64,000 nucleotides of DNA from Octopus sinensis (taxonomy: Eukaryota). The stretch spans positions 36,704,001-36,768,000 of the forward strand of contig NC_042997.1 in NCBI RefSeq assembly GCF_006345805.1, written 5' to 3'. The notes below the pieces were generated by a model. That model was not told the DNA's origin. It did not search any database and saw only the letters and a program-made list of their open reading frames with translations. Numbering within the stretch: the stretch's first letter is position 1; each line of letters opens with the position of its first letter. Position numbers and translations under genes: made by a program. Below are positions 1-14,107 of this stretch, piece by piece.

Positions 1-2310
1 GTATGCATTTTCGATAGCAACACATTTATATGTTGATGGGTTTATGTAATGTGGATTGACAAAAGCTACATTAAACCAATTCACATTTAATTTGTCTAGC
101 CAAAGTTTGAATATTCACCAGAAGATACATTGTTAAGATCAAGAGGTTCGCAGTGAAATTGAATTTTCTCTCAGAAATCGTCTCTCAATATTTTAATGCA
201 ACAGAGGAATATTTATCATCAGTAATATCATAATTGCACTTAATTATATGGTAGTTCGAGCGTAAGTCATTGATTTAAGGTTAGAAAGCAGCATTAAGAG
301 TGGGAGTGTTGCAGATTTTGATGAGGTCAAACAATTAGATTTCAAAGCTCAGAACCAACTGTTTGTCATATCAGGTTCAACTGAAGATGGTAGAATTTAC
401 TAGTATTTAACTGTAAATAACTTTGTGGACGTAATTCTGCTTACCAACGAAATATTATGCGGTTCTTACCGTATCACTGATGCTGTACTGAAACTGTAGT
501 CAATATATGTGAATTCCAAATAGTTACACATTACAATATAATTGGCAATACGGACGGATGGAATTCCCTCAGATCGTACAGAATATTTTCGTTACCGGAA
601 ACTTTTATAGCGAGATTAAAGATCGTACAGGTTTGCACTGTACATGCTGATGTAGCTCCCATAAACGCAGTATGAGAAAAAATGTTCACACAATTTGACT
701 ATAAAAACACACCGAACCTGACAGATAGTGCTAGGATATGCAGAGTTCAGTAAACATATAAATATGCAAAATTTATCTGTTGCGAGACTTGCTACAGAGA
801 GACAAAAAGACAGAGATAACATATTTAGCATATTTGTTGCGAAAATATCTCATTTTTGTTTCATTTAGTCTTCATTCTTTGCTGTTGTACGGCATTGTTT
901 AAATGATTTTATTTATTTGTAGTATGCCTTTGTCTCTTTACATTTCTTATAAATTAATACAATTATGCAACAATAGAAAAAGGGGAAAAATAATTACCGT
1001 AAAATGTGTACCATGAATATTTATTGCTTTTATATAGCTAACAATATTCGAAATATAAGAGAAACCTCAATCGGAATATTTCACTTTCTTATTCATGGAC
1101 ATTTTATGAGTGATAACATCTAAGTCACATGAGAGTGAAAAGCATGGCAGGTTGCTTAGACTGCTGCATATAAAATGCATTGAAAGATTATGATTAATTT
1201 AGATGGTGACCTTATGTTAAAGAAGATGAAATTCTAATATTTCCTATAATTTCTTTATCAGAACAAAATATATATCCAACTAAATATATCTGGAAAGATA
1301 GTTCAATTAAATATATGAAGATAGTCCATTGGAGCGATGCTATAAATGTAGTTCAGGTTTTACCCGATATTCACAGAGTGCCAATATTGGATAGATAGAA
1401 TATAGGATCCGATTTTTTTTATTATTATCCGATTATTACGCGTGTTAAAACTTTTGATTTCTTAAGCGAAAGAACTGAAAATATCGTGCTATTTTTCCTC
1501 TCATATTGATCGTCTCTGAAGCAATTCTTCATCGTGTTTTCATAAAAGTATCACAAGTTATATCACAACATATATATTTGTAGAATGTATGAGGATGAAC
1601 CGTTCAAAATACAATATTTGCTATTAATTATTGGGAAAATATAGCGGTCCATAGTGAGACACATATTGTAGATCATTTGACTATGTTTACCCATAAATAT
1701 TGAATCCCATTCCCTCTAACTCTGTGTTAAGATTCCTCCGAATGTCAACGAAAAATAATATCCCATGAAAACAAGTTATATGGCGATTTGCTTGATTATG
1801 CAACTCCCTTAAAAGTATTTGACATACTGGCAAGATTTGTCGTCTGCCAAGAAAAAAACTTGCGCTTTTGGGAATAAAGTTTCATTACTTTATTTTAGAG
1901 TCTCATATAATTTGAAATAAATTGATAAAATAAATATAATTCCCTCTCCGCACACCTACATATTCAATTAAGTTTAGACGAAAAATTTTGGTATATTGAA
2001 TTATTACATTCGTTAACAGAATTATTGAAAATATTCATTCAGTTCTCCAATTCTGTATTGGTTTCTGGTAAATAAGTAGTTGAAGATGAAATTATTTTTA
2101 CACTTATGGAGGTCTACGCTACTTCATAAAATATTGATATTTATGTAATTCTCAGATGCAACAAAATATGTTAATTATGAATTCACCTGTAGCACTGTTA
2201 GGCCACTTAATTGAGCAGTCCATTGGACAAGATAGCTATTGAAGGAGTGCGGCGTTCATATAAAGCCATAAACGCATATGTATATGCACACGTATAATAC
2301 ACATATAATA

Positions 2311-2400
2311 TATATATGTGTGTGTGTGTGCGTGTGTGTGTGTGTGCGCGTATGTGTTTGTGCGTGTGTGTGCGTGCGTGTGTGTGTGTGTGTGTGTACA
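2311..2400. repeat. (TG)n/(TGCG)n microsatellite
   Basis: Direct dinucleotide run immediately 5' of a SINE; source of His/Thr/Val/Cys ORFs. Confidence 0.95.
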
Positions 2401-2401
2401 C

Positions 2402-2648
2402 GAGGCGCGTGGCTTAGTGGTTAAGGTGTCAGCATCATGATCGTAAGATTGTGGTTTCGATTCCTGGACCGGCTGACGCGTTGTATTCTTGAGCAAAACA
2501 CTTAATTTCTCGTTGATCCTCTCCACTCAGCAGGCAAAAGTGAGTTACGCTGCGATGGACCGGCGTCCCGTCCAGCTGGGGAACACATACGCCATTGAAA
2601 CCGGTAAACCGGGCCCATGAGCCTGGCTAGGCTTTAAAAGGGCGCATT
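2402..2648 (+). mobile_element. tRNA-derived SINE (central domain resembles Meta/V-type SINE cores)
   Basis: A box TGGCTTAGTGG (2410-2420) and B box GGTTTCGATTCC (2453-2464) in a tRNA-like head. The body has GCGATGGACCGGCGTCCCGTCCAG...GAAACCGG and runs into (TA)n. Superfamily assignment is from memory of similar cores, not a search. Confidence 0.75.
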
Positions 2649-2649
2649 C

Positions 2650-2720
2650 ATATATATATATATGTATGTATGATATATATATACCCGCAAACACGCACAC
2701 ACAAAACCACACACACACAT

Positions 2721-2763
<43 letters not shown>

Positions 2764-2925
2764 CATATATATATATATATATGTGTGGGATAAATATGTA
2801 TGTGTGTGTGTCCGTGTGTGTGTATATGTGCGTATAAAACATATATGTATATGAGTGCGTGTGTAGATACGTGTATACATATATATTTTTGTACACACAC
2901 AGACACACACACGTACACCCATACA
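2650..2925. repeat. Compound (TA)n/(CA)n/(TG)n microsatellite
   Basis: Direct inspection. Confidence 0.9.
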
Positions 2926-3610
2926 CCTATATTTTGTTTCACCGTACTACTATTTTAAAACAAGGAGTAGCTTCTGTAAATAATAATGGTCCACGAATAT
3001 AGATATCTACATGAAAGTATAAAAAAAAATATACAAACTAATTGATAGTTGCCACATTGTCTAAACTTCAACTAAAAACACACGGTACATCATCTTTCCT
3101 GTGGACAGTAGAAGCTGATTTATGTATTTACTTCATGGAAGCGAAATGCATCGAAAGATACGCATTATTCTGTTACTGCTAAAATTGAAGTAGATATAAG
3201 TAGTTGCCGGTGTGCCTTAAATATCATTGAATGCCAACTTCATATTATTGCGAGAACGATAGGGATTTCGAGCGGAAATCACTAGTGATATCGAGTTGAG
3301 AGCTTCTAAATTCCGATCTCTAAATTCCTCGATGTAAACATTATGTGTTATTCTTCGGGGATCGGTAAATTAAGAGCCGGTCAATTTTCAAATATTGCAT
3401 TAAAGCCATGTTCAAGATGTAACTTCATGGACTCAAGTGTAACGCTAGATTTCAGGGCTTGAAAAGCGTATGACTTAGAAAAGAACTTACTAGATTTAAA
3501 TAGAATTAATGAAACAGATGCGTAAGGTATGGAAAACAGTACAGGATGGTAAAATGATTTTAAATCTGTCTATCTACCAATTTACCTCTGTGTGTGTGTG
3601 TGTGTGTATA

Positions 3611-3800
3611 CTCTTCTCCTCTGGAAGCCATCTACTCGCAATACCAGAGGGTGCACACTCTCCTACCCTGATGTAATCTCCAGGGATACAGGCATCCAGC
3701 AACAGGACCTCCGTAATGCCATGATGGACCAGAAAGTCTGGCGTAGCATGGTAAATTCCATTGTCTCGACCACGGTTGAACAATGATGATGATGATGATG
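3611..3800 (+). mobile_element. 3' end of an RTE-like LINE (5'-truncated) with (TGA)n tail
   Basis: Encodes LLWKPSTRNTRGCTLSYPDVISRDTGIQQQDLRNAMMDQKVWRSMVNSIV, resembling RTE-clade C-termini (W.P...RG...Y.D.I..D.G......A.D...WR). Followed by a (TGA)n tail; a second copy lies at 30107-30218 (-). Confidence 0.7.
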
Positions 3801-3844
3801 TGTGTATACTATATTATATATCGTAACTCATAACCTTTAGAGGC

Positions 3845-3970
3845 AGAAGGTGCTGTCGACGGCGACGATGACGACGACGACGATGACGATGATGATGATA
3901 ATGATGATGATCATGCTGTTATTGATGGTGATGATAATGCTAATGGTGAATGCAACGACGATGACGGTGA
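3845..3970. repeat. Degenerate (GAY)n trinucleotide repeat
   Basis: GAC/GAT runs. Confidence 0.85.
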
Positions 3971-4139
3971 TAAAGTGGAAATTGATTTTAATAAACAAAA
4001 AAGATTAACGGAAATTAAGTGTCATCGACGAAAAATTATACTGCGTTACTTTGTTTCGCAAGGTAATATATTCTTATAGTATGGCATTCACCACCGAGGT
4101 ACATCTGTAATCGTTTCATTAATGATAGGGAAAATTACT

Positions 4140-4325
4140 TTTTAGGTAAGGTGCGTAACTACTTCAGCTGTCTCATCTCTGGGGACACAGGTCGTGCTAG
4201 ATATAGCAATCAAATCTCATCATTTCACCGGAAGAAATGTAAGGGCAACAAATGAATTGACCGAAAGCATTTCGATTAAAATCTGCCAGAAGAGTTCTGA
4301 TTTGGCTAAACAACAATGACAACTT
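4140..4325 (+). mobile_element. Possible degenerate SINE 3' portion
   Basis: GTGCTAGATATAGCAATCAAATCTC...GGCTAAACAACAATGACAAC resembles a recurrent cephalopod repeat with an (AAC)n tail; recognition only, heavily diverged. Confidence 0.35.
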
Positions 4326-6862
4326 CTAAATGGTAACGATGTTTTTGATGTTATTTTGTAGTAATGGAAAGCCAAGAAATAAAGTTTGTCAGAGAATTTA
4401 GAAAGGTAACCCTAATGTTTTGAAACATTTCTACAGATTTCGAACTCTTCATGTGGGCTCACGTTCTTTAAGAATCATACGATGTGGCCTTAATCTCACC
4501 TAACGGATATGCTACAGCGATCGTCAATGAAAGTAATATGCTCTATAACCAAGCCGTAAATGACAGATTTTAAACTGCGGACAGTATAAAGTGCAGACAG
4601 TCACCAAGTGGGTAATATATATATGGTATATAAAGAAAGTCTTTCCAAAATCGTTTATAGCGCTACATTATTCAAGATACGTTAGATAAACAATCTAGAA
4701 TAAAATATATGTGGGAGGTGCAATAATGCATATGAGTGAATGAAAAGGCCTCTTTTTTGTCAACTGAGCGCATCTCAACTGAGTCTATAGGTTGTTCAAA
4801 TGGAGAACACCTACCGTCATTAAAGTATTAATTAATATTTTGTAATGCTTAATATGCACCTAATCATTCTACACTAGCTATTAATAGTCTGTTTTTCTTG
4901 CTGCTGATCGTTTTCGTATATATGTGTGTGTGTATGTATGAATATATGCATGTATGTTAGAAGGGAGAAGAACGGTATGGGTCAAAAGGATTGGGGGAGA
5001 AAAGAAGAAAGAGAAATAAAAGAAGGAAGAGGAAGAGAAAATGAAGGAAGGGGTGCTAGATGGTAGTCAAGATATTTTGAGGGGGTAGGAGAGTGAGAGA
5101 TATCATTAAATAAAAGGAATAGAAGAACGGATATAAGGAACACGTAAGAATGTAAGGGAGGAATGTGTGTGAGAAGTGGGATGTGGGGTGATATGTTTTA
5201 AAGTTACATTTATATGTATATGTTTGCGTGTGGGTACATATCTATATACGTGCGCGTATATAGATATGCGGACACGTGTGCGTATATCTATATACGTATT
5301 TTTCTTACTCAATCGCTTTAACAAGGTACAATCTTTGTCTTATATAAGACTACATCGATTTTTAGGAAGTTGTCTATTATATCCTCTTATTCTTCCCTTC
5401 CGTTTTCTAGGTTTACCACTTACTTCCAGTGCCCTGCTGGCTGTACTCCGTTACTAAATGCAATAGTGGATGTCTCATTAGGCGTTGACGCAGTTCTGTT
5501 GGTTTTAATCTCGTTCCACCGCGACACCAATATATATTGCCTTCCATCCATTCACTTCTCAAAGTTCCTCGGGAGAGGAAGGCAGGGAATAATTACCTGC
5601 ACCACATTTACGTCTTTCCATCCCATTAGCACATGACAAAGACGAGTGTTTTGTTGCAAAACTGAAGGGAATTATATATATATATATATTCTGAAGTTCA
5701 GGAGGAACTTCCCAAACACCTTTCCAGTTTGTGTCCTGCTTTACACTGGATGACTTGCAGCGGTCATAACCTCTGAAAATATCGTCTCGTTTTCCACTAC
5801 TTGTGATGTTAATTCGCTTCAACCAGTACCTTAAATACTTGGTTGTGTCATGCGTAACTGCTCCAGACCGAGAGGGCAATTCGAAAGTGTTTGCCTAATC
5901 CCTAATCGCTCCGACTTTTCAGCACTTTCAGAGTCCACATCATCTATTTTTCCAATGCTTTAAACTAACAACACTCGAAAACTCGATGTAAAAAGAACTA
6001 GTTAGAAAAAAACTTGGCTGATCACGTGACCATAGCTCCTTTCAACTTACCTTTCACCCAGCCACAAACTCTTCTCAACTGGTAGAATTTCCCTTTTGGC
6101 TACATTATATCGCAACTCCATATTGCGGCTTTCCAATCACGACTTTTGACCGGGTTGGCTACATGGCACTATTTATTGTTCAAAGCAGCATATTGTTTAA
6201 TTTCATTATTTCCAAGGCTTTCTCAACTGTTCTGTGTGTGTGGCTAGCTACATCCACATGTTCTAGCGACATCACAAGCTTATTCCTTTCCGCAGAATCA
6301 ATCGGTATTCATCAATTCCTTGTCTATGGAGAGGAAGAACGGATGACGGAATCGTGCGAATGCTGCAGCAGTAGCAATAGGATTGCTATTGTTCTTGTAA
6401 TAATACAAAATTTAATATTTTGCACTCATGTAGCATAGGGTGTAACGCAGGTTACATGAAAGAACTATGTTAAAAATAACTCTGCGTGTTATTGATGATT
6501 ATACATTTAGTAATTTAAAGGCTTTTTGTATCTGCTTTAAAAAAATACAAAATTCCATATCTATATATTTACAATCAAGCCGTTCAAAGTGACCACTGTA
6601 AGAGCTAACTACATTAAACACAATTCAAGTGTTCCTCAGTATGATATATTGTGCATAAACATATGTTGATTAACTGTTTCATGTTATATATATATCATAA
6701 ATTGTGTAGGACACTATCTTTAGCCGTCGTCAGAGTGACACAAAGTTACGACAGAAAAGTAATAGTGGTTCTACGAGGAGACCTAAATAGAATTTGCCAC
6801 AGTACCGTGTCAAATATGATTTTTTTCCTTTATTTTAGGGGCTTTATTAATGTTTTCCTAAG

Positions 6863-6982
6863 GGCAGGAGTGGCTGTGTGGTAAGCAGCTTGCTAACCAA
6901 CCACATGGTTCCGGGTTCAGTGGCACCTTGGGGAAATGTCTTCTGCTATAGCCTCGGGCCCACCAAAAGCCTTGTGAGTGGA
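6863..6982 (+). mobile_element. 5' half of the abundant Octopus-type tRNA-SINE
   Basis: GGCAGGAGTGGCTGTGTGGTAAG...GGTTCCGGGTTCAG...GCCTTGTGAGTGGA matches the heads of the copies at 9632-10062, 14108-14483 and 61955-62358; it has a short internal deletion. Confidence 0.9.
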
Positions 6983-7402
6983 AATAATATTTGAGAAGCA
7001 TTAATATATCTTGGGTTATTCTCCTTCGCGTACAATAAAACACTATTGGAGATATATTTTCAGAAGTAAGCTATAATTGAATATCCATGACGTTAACTAC
7101 ACTATCTGTATCGCATATATATTATTGACTGAAGACATGAGTATGGAACCACAGCAGGCACAAAATAATTGATGAAATGAAAGAGATTATTACATCTACA
7201 TATAAAAGGATTCCTCTGCCGCTGCTTTATATAACGATATATTTCAAAAGGGGGATGCTAGTATGAGAAGGTCTGCCAAATATTAAGGGAACTAATTTTA
7301 GGGAAGCCTATAACGCATGTAATTCATAGAAAAACTATTTTATATGCCATGGTAGTTTTACATTGTGCGATACTTCAATATAGAAAAATGCTTCTTTAGA
7401 GT
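6983..7402 (+). repeat. ~420 bp direct duplication, copy 1 (copy 2 at 9148-9566)
   Basis: AATAATATTTGAGAA...TTTAGAGTA aligns along its length with 9148-9566, with scattered substitutions and small indels. Confidence 0.92.
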
Positions 7403-7992
7403 ACAAATATTTATTTCTGTAACAAATGTGGTATAGTCTGGAGCACAGTTACGTATGATGACATAACCAAGTATTTAAGGCACAGGTTGAAGCGAATTAA
7501 CAACGCCGAAGACATAATCATATCTCCAGCTCAATATGTCTGGTCACTCTTCTTTACATTAAATAATTCTTTTAAGATTTTATACCCTCGAGACGAATAG
7601 CAAAGTTCAGAAAAGGCAAATAATTTACAAGATTCAATTGGTTCAATTTATGTTCCCTATAAATACCATTTATCAATTATTACAATTATTATCTTTGCCT
7701 CTAAAGGTTATGAAATTATATTGTTATATTTGTAAATATTCTTTATGTCTTTACTTACTTTGACTACTGAATTCGTTACTACTGAAATAATTCTAGTACA
7801 TATTTCATGGATTCCTGCTTTGAGGTAATTCAAAATCCTCTGGCCAGGATTGACAAGTCTAAATATAGTTAAACAATTTATTCTAATTTCAAATTTTATA
7901 TTGGAATCTACTCATTTTCTAGGTATGAAAGTAATCATGTTTCTAAAATTTAACTGAGCAAGAGCGTTGAGTTGAAATCATTCTGTTATAAG

Positions 7993-8290
7993 TAACTAGC
8001 AGTATCGCCCGGCGTTGCTCGGATTTGTAAGGGAAATAACTATATAAGCATTTTTAGAGAGTTATAGCCAACAAATAGCAAAAAAATGCATTAAAAATGG
8101 AAAAAAACTATGGTAACTTTTTTTTTAATCGTGGACTCAACGTAGACACGCGCTACTACCCAGAAGGGCTCGATATGAATCACGGCTATAAGATACCCGG
8201 TTTTGGTTAAACTGCATCGCAAAATGTGGGAGTAGTTAGGAATCTAAATCGTAGGAGACAGACACACAACCTTACTTTTATATATATAAG
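7993..8290 (+). mobile_element. Non-autonomous Helitron/Helentron-associated (HINE/DINE-1-like) element
   Basis: Starts TAACTAGC...GCCCGGCGTTGCTCGG (subterminal imperfect palindrome) and ends GACAGACACACA...CTTTTATATATATAAG, the typical HINE architecture; no coding capacity. Confidence 0.55.
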
Positions 8291-9147
8291 TAATATAATT
8301 CTTTCACGAAGACTTCAGACAGAATGCATGAATTAATGTAAACAGGATGCATCCACGGCATGATGTCGTTTCAAATTTTGATGATTATCATGTCCTATAC
8401 GAATTCAAGAGAATGTATGGTAATTATGCTAATATTTGATTTGTATAAATATGATGTAAAGTAACAAAAAATAAAGTAACGAGCTGTTAAGGAGCAAAGT
8501 TTATTGTCTGATGGTGATGCTTACTCGATTCTGACAGAATGATATATGCTAAAATTGCAAACAATCGAATAGAAAAGAATCTAGGAGCTAAAGGAATTCT
8601 TAACCAAAAAAAGTGAAATGTCGTATTAATTTCAAAATACTGAATGATATAAACGGATGGCAGCCATAGAAAAGAGAGACAATGACAACCTAACAAAGGT
8701 TATAGTTGCTGTCAAATGGGCGTGTTTGAAAACCATTATTTATGAAAACAATATCCTCATATTTCTAACTATTGAAAAGAGTAGACATTGTCCATAAATA
8801 TCCTTAATTAAAGACAAACATCTCGTATTACATTGTTACAGAAAATAAGGTCAAAATTAACAAATAAATATTCTAGTTACTCTAAGGGACTGGAAAATTC
8901 ATAAAGTATGAAAGATTTACGACGTAAACATTCGTGTTTGGAAAAAATATCATTTTACACAATTGCATGGAATAATTACTGGCAATTTTCGCTTACTGCG
9001 TAACAACTTGATCTTTATCTTGATATCACTCTAATAAAGTTCTTTCAATTGATATCAATTACTGAGCTCCATAAAAATAATCAAAAGTTTTATGATGGGG
9101 ACATACACAACAGCGAAATTACGTATAACGTTCAGAATTAAGAAAGA

Positions 9148-9566
9148 AATAATATTTGAGAAACATTAATATATCTTGAGTTATTCTCCTTCGCGTACAA
9201 TAAAACACTATTGGAGATATATTTTCAGAAGTGAGCTATAATTGAATATCCATGATGTTAACTACACTATCTGTATCGCATATATATTATTGACTGAAGA
9301 CATGGGTATGGAGCCACAGCAGGCACCAAATAATTGATGAAATGAAAGAGATTATTACATCTACATATAAAAGGATTCATCTGCCGCTGCTTTATATAGC
9401 GATATATTTCAAAAGGGGAAAGCTAGTATGGGAAGGTCTGCCAAATATTAAGGAAATTTAGGGAAGCATATAACGCGTGTCATTCATAGAAAAACTATTT
9501 CATATGTCATGGTAGTTTTACATTGTGCGATACTTCAATATAGAAAAAAAGTGCTTATTTAGAGTA
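9148..9566 (+). repeat. ~420 bp direct duplication, copy 2
   Basis: See 6983-7402. Confidence 0.92.
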
Positions 9567-9631
9567 GATACTTAATGTGAATGAATCATAGCTAGGGAGA
9601 CTAGAGAGACAGTTCCATATCATATACCATA

Positions 9632-9866
9632 TACTCTTTTTTACTCTTTTTACTTGTTTCAGTCATTTGACTGCGGCCATGCTGGAGCACCGCCATTAGT
9701 CGAGCAAATCGACCCCGGGACTTATTCTTTGTAAGCCCAGTACTTGTAAGCCCAGTATTCTATCGGTCTCTTTTTGCCGAACCGCTAAGTGACGGGGACG
9801 TAAACACACCAGCATCGGTTGTCAAGCAATGCTAGAGGGACAAACACAGACACAAACATATACACA

Positions 9867-9906
<40 letters not shown>

Positions 9907-10062
9907 TCAGGCTTTCTTCAGTTTCCGTCTACCACTCTCAAGGCTTTTGGTGGGCGCGAGGCTATAGCAGAAGACACTTCCCCAAGGTGCCACGCAGTGG
10001 AACTGAACCCGGAACCATGTGGTTGGTTAGCAAGCTACTTACCACACAGCCACTCCTGCGCC
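9632..10062 (-). mobile_element. Full-length Octopus-type tRNA-SINE with internal (TA)n
   Basis: tRNA-like head at 10062-9990, internal CA/TA microsatellite, conserved 3' block and (AAAAGAGT)n-type tail. Confidence 0.92.
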
Positions 10063-11282
10063 TAGGAAAACATTCATAAAGCCCCTAAAAGTTTTTGATT
10101 CTCATAACAAGATGAATTACCCTTATGAATTGAGCAGTTGTTAACTATCTGAAAATAAGAAGAAAAGCATACCCTAGGTTAGCACGGAGCTTACAATAAA
10201 ATGATATGTAGGTGAATATATTTAACAGTATTGTTGCAACACGAGATTCCTTGACCACAATCAAATAACGCATCTGGCGAACTGTTAAATCCCATACCCT
10301 AATACATTTTAACATCTAACCTAAATAGGCAGTGTCTGCACTGTGTTGCCTTTTCTTATTGCCCAAGATATTGTTAGAATTACTTCAATTATACTTACAT
10401 TTATTTAAAACCGTAATTCAAAAAAATACTTGAATTACCTAGCTACAGAAGAATTGTCTTATCAATCGTTTATTATCAATATTTTCTCAGCGTGAATCCA
10501 TGACGGTATTATAGCCTAACACCTTTTACAAAGAATATATACGTAGAATTAAGTATGCGTAACATATACGTAGCTCTACGTAGAATTGTTTAAATGAATT
10601 TAAGCAACTTATTGGAATGGAATATGAATTACAGCACTCGTCTATGTTATACATCCACGCGAGTGCTGACTAACAATGTTGAAGTAATGTTGGAAAATTA
10701 TTATTTTTAGAATCTACAAAATAATTAATATTTATTTCCTTTGTACAAGGTAATGAATAACAAAGATACTGGAACATTTCTCAGAATAACATCCAGACCT
10801 AATGCGACTAGTTCGCACTAGCTCTATAGGTATTATATTACGATCAAACTATCCTAGATGTGAATTATGTATGATATTCTTTTATCTACAATGGTATCAC
10901 TTCTTTTGTGATAAATCTATTCAATATATTGTCTCATATATAAGAGTCCAGTTTTTTGCAAGCAGAAGTTTTGTACGAAATGCATTTAAAAATACTTTTC
11001 TTGAAATAGTGTATTTTTATATTCTACAAAATGTATATGGAATTAGATATAAAATGATATGAAATATGCGATTAAATACATGGTACTGTAACACTTTCAA
11101 GAATGAGATAAATACATTCTCACGCTAGCACCGCCTCACCGTCTATTCGTTATACGTTTCTTTGCATTGTTTTAACACGCAGCAAGAAAAGATATACACG
11201 ACTTCAGAAATGGCAGTATTATATTTCACTAAGTATTTTCTATCTTACTGAACATCGCTGTATCCATTTATGAGAATTCAAA

Positions 11283-11289
11283 CACAGAA

Positions 11290-11320
<31 letters not shown>

Positions 11321-11499
11321 CGTACACATACAAACACGCACATTCACACACATTCACACACATACACGTAGATACATATATATATATGCGTGTGTATATG
11401 CATTTTATATATGTAGCTATATATAAATGTGTGTGTATATATGTATGTATATATATATATATATGTGTGTGAGTGTGTGTGTGTGTATGTGTATGCGTA

Positions 11500-11575
<76 letters not shown>

Positions 11576-11585
11576 ACATATATGC
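11283..11585. repeat. Compound (CA)n/(TG)n/(CT)n/(TA)n microsatellite
   Basis: Direct inspection. Confidence 0.92.
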
Positions 11586-14107
11586 TGTTGTACATAACGT
11601 GTTTGCGTCTGTGGAATAAAAGAAATGTAGAAATTTTCTTTTCTCTTCTTTTCCGTCTTTGACAAATGAGGTAATGATTAATAATATATATTTGAATCTA
11701 CTCACAAATTCGTGTCACTGCATTGAAATGAATTAGAAGAGCGTATTATCTTTATCACTGTAATTAAAAATTTTACACTACTTAGTCGATCCGTTAGAAA
11801 TTTGTTTCCTCAATAGACTTTTAAAATCTAATTGGATAGTCTGCTTCATGATCGGCCTTAAGTAGTGATTGGTAACTTGGCAGATAATCATCTATAAGTC
11901 AGACACTAATATAGTTTCTTCGAAATCTTCGTTGCCTTAATTATTCCAGTAAAACAACCGTCGGCATTTAGATACACTTTCAAATGTTATAATCACTACC
12001 GCTTCAGTCGAAAACTGTAAGGTATATTATGTTCGTCCGTCATACAATTATCGACGATTCACTGATAAACATTTAACTTGAAATAGACGCAGTATATTAT
12101 ATATTTATATACATAAATAAGGATTTACTGTTATCTAGTAGGCAGAATATTAAGAGCTTATCACAGGAGATTTTCGCTTATAAAACAGTCAGTTATTGGA
12201 TGTTATCATTCTCATTTCTTTTGGTTCGTTTCTGAAATCTGTTTAGATTCTCAACATATCATATTTTCATAATGCAACTTAATACACTTTGAAAAGAAAG
12301 TGAACTACTTAGAAGTCGGTATTTTGATATAATGAAAAATAATGAAATAATTTTAAAATGTACTGATTTCAAAAACCTATAATTTTAATGTGAAAAATAT
12401 TTAATAGATGCATGTAAGCGATATACGTGTTTGCAAATGTAGACTGCGATTTCTAGTCATAGCACATGTTAAACGAACAAATAGAAGTTGCTGAAATGAA
12501 CACAGAATAGAATCCATTTGATATCATATTTCTATAAAAGTTGTATCTTTTGAGGTCTAAAATATTACACTTAACAGCAACACAACAACAAAAAAATGAA
12601 TGATGTCGAAACAGGAAAGGTTATTCAAAAGACTGACCTCTATCTCTGCATCAAAGACAAAACTATTCGCGATTTGTCTCCGTATACTGTTCTAACAGAC
12701 GCCAAGATGTTTATATTAATTGGATGCCTTAATAAATTTTGTAGGAGACAAATGGTACAGCGCCTAATAAACAGACAAGTGTTAGATGAAATAAACATCT
12801 CTCACTAAATTCATATTTCAAATTTTATTGGTCATCATTGTATAACTTATGTTCATACACTTCTCAGATATCCTAGCGTATTTGTCTATCAGACGAAGAT
12901 CGTATATAATAGAGAAATTGCTTTTCGTGATCGGATTAGTTTCACTAGCTTTACTACTGCGAGTAAATAGTAAAACGCATTCTATTGATGTATTTTGTGA
13001 ATATAGGAATATAACTATGGATTCTAGTTTAAATGCTTTATTATTTCAATGCAGTTCTTTAATTTTTGCGATAAACACATCTTGTTTGCAGAAGAAGAAC
13101 ATAGTTGAGACAACGCTATCATGTTAATTGAATATCTATACACATAACTCTGAATTCCAAAGGTTCTCTTTTCACTCATACGATTTGTAGAAAAAACTGA
13201 GAGACGAATATATTCCTCACATGCACGTACTTCAAGTTTTGCCAGTTGCTATTATAACCTTTCATAATTCACTTGTAATATATTCAATAGATAAGAGTAA
13301 GTATGTCTATCGTTCTAAAAATATCAGTCTAAAGACGGTGGAAAACCATGGGCACATGGTCGAAAACATTCAAGAAGTTAAAATACTTTCTTAGTGCTAA
13401 TAGAGGATTTAAATATATTCACACAATATTGTTTGTGATAGTGGTCTTTCGTCAAGGAAATACAAGGAAAACGCTACAAGGTTAGTGAGGGTCATAGCCG
13501 AAACTAAACTGTTTCTTATATCAGATGTCAATTCTAAACAACTGGTGTATCAAGATATATCGTCTCACTTCAAATCAGATTTAGCTTAATTTGGATGTAT
13601 AGGGTTACATGCTACTAAAGCGGCAAGTATATCTTGCATGTTACTGCACATGAAAAACTTCTATACTCTTTGTAATTTACTTTTATTGCGTTGACCAAGT
13701 TTCATAAACTTACTGGAGTGTATTGCACTATTCACTGCCAAGCCATTATACCTCAACACCTTTCTAAAGTTTTCTAATCGGTATTACTTCTATAAAAGCA
13801 CTGGCAAATCACAAATCACATTCGCTTATTTAAGTTGTCGTTTGAGGGATTTGCAACGTGAAATAAATACAACATGAATAAGTCATATAATGTTTCGTGT
13901 TATAGTTTCGGGCCAAACTATCACAGTGCAATCGGAAATTACGAAATAGCGAACATTGTTGTTGTATATACCTCCACTGAAATCTCTATCAATTGTGATA
14001 CGTACCTTCTAAACGTAACTAGCTTATCAAGACTCTTTTAAAAGGTTATTAAGTTGAATTTCTGTCTACATGGGTGTCACGTTAACCCCAAATAAGTAGC
14101 TAGGTTA

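Noticed and set aside
2402-2475. tRNA gene calls for SINE heads (also 28000-28100, 58350-58430, 61955-62030)
   Set aside because: A and B boxes are present but no complete cloverleaf acceptor stem; they continue into SINE bodies.
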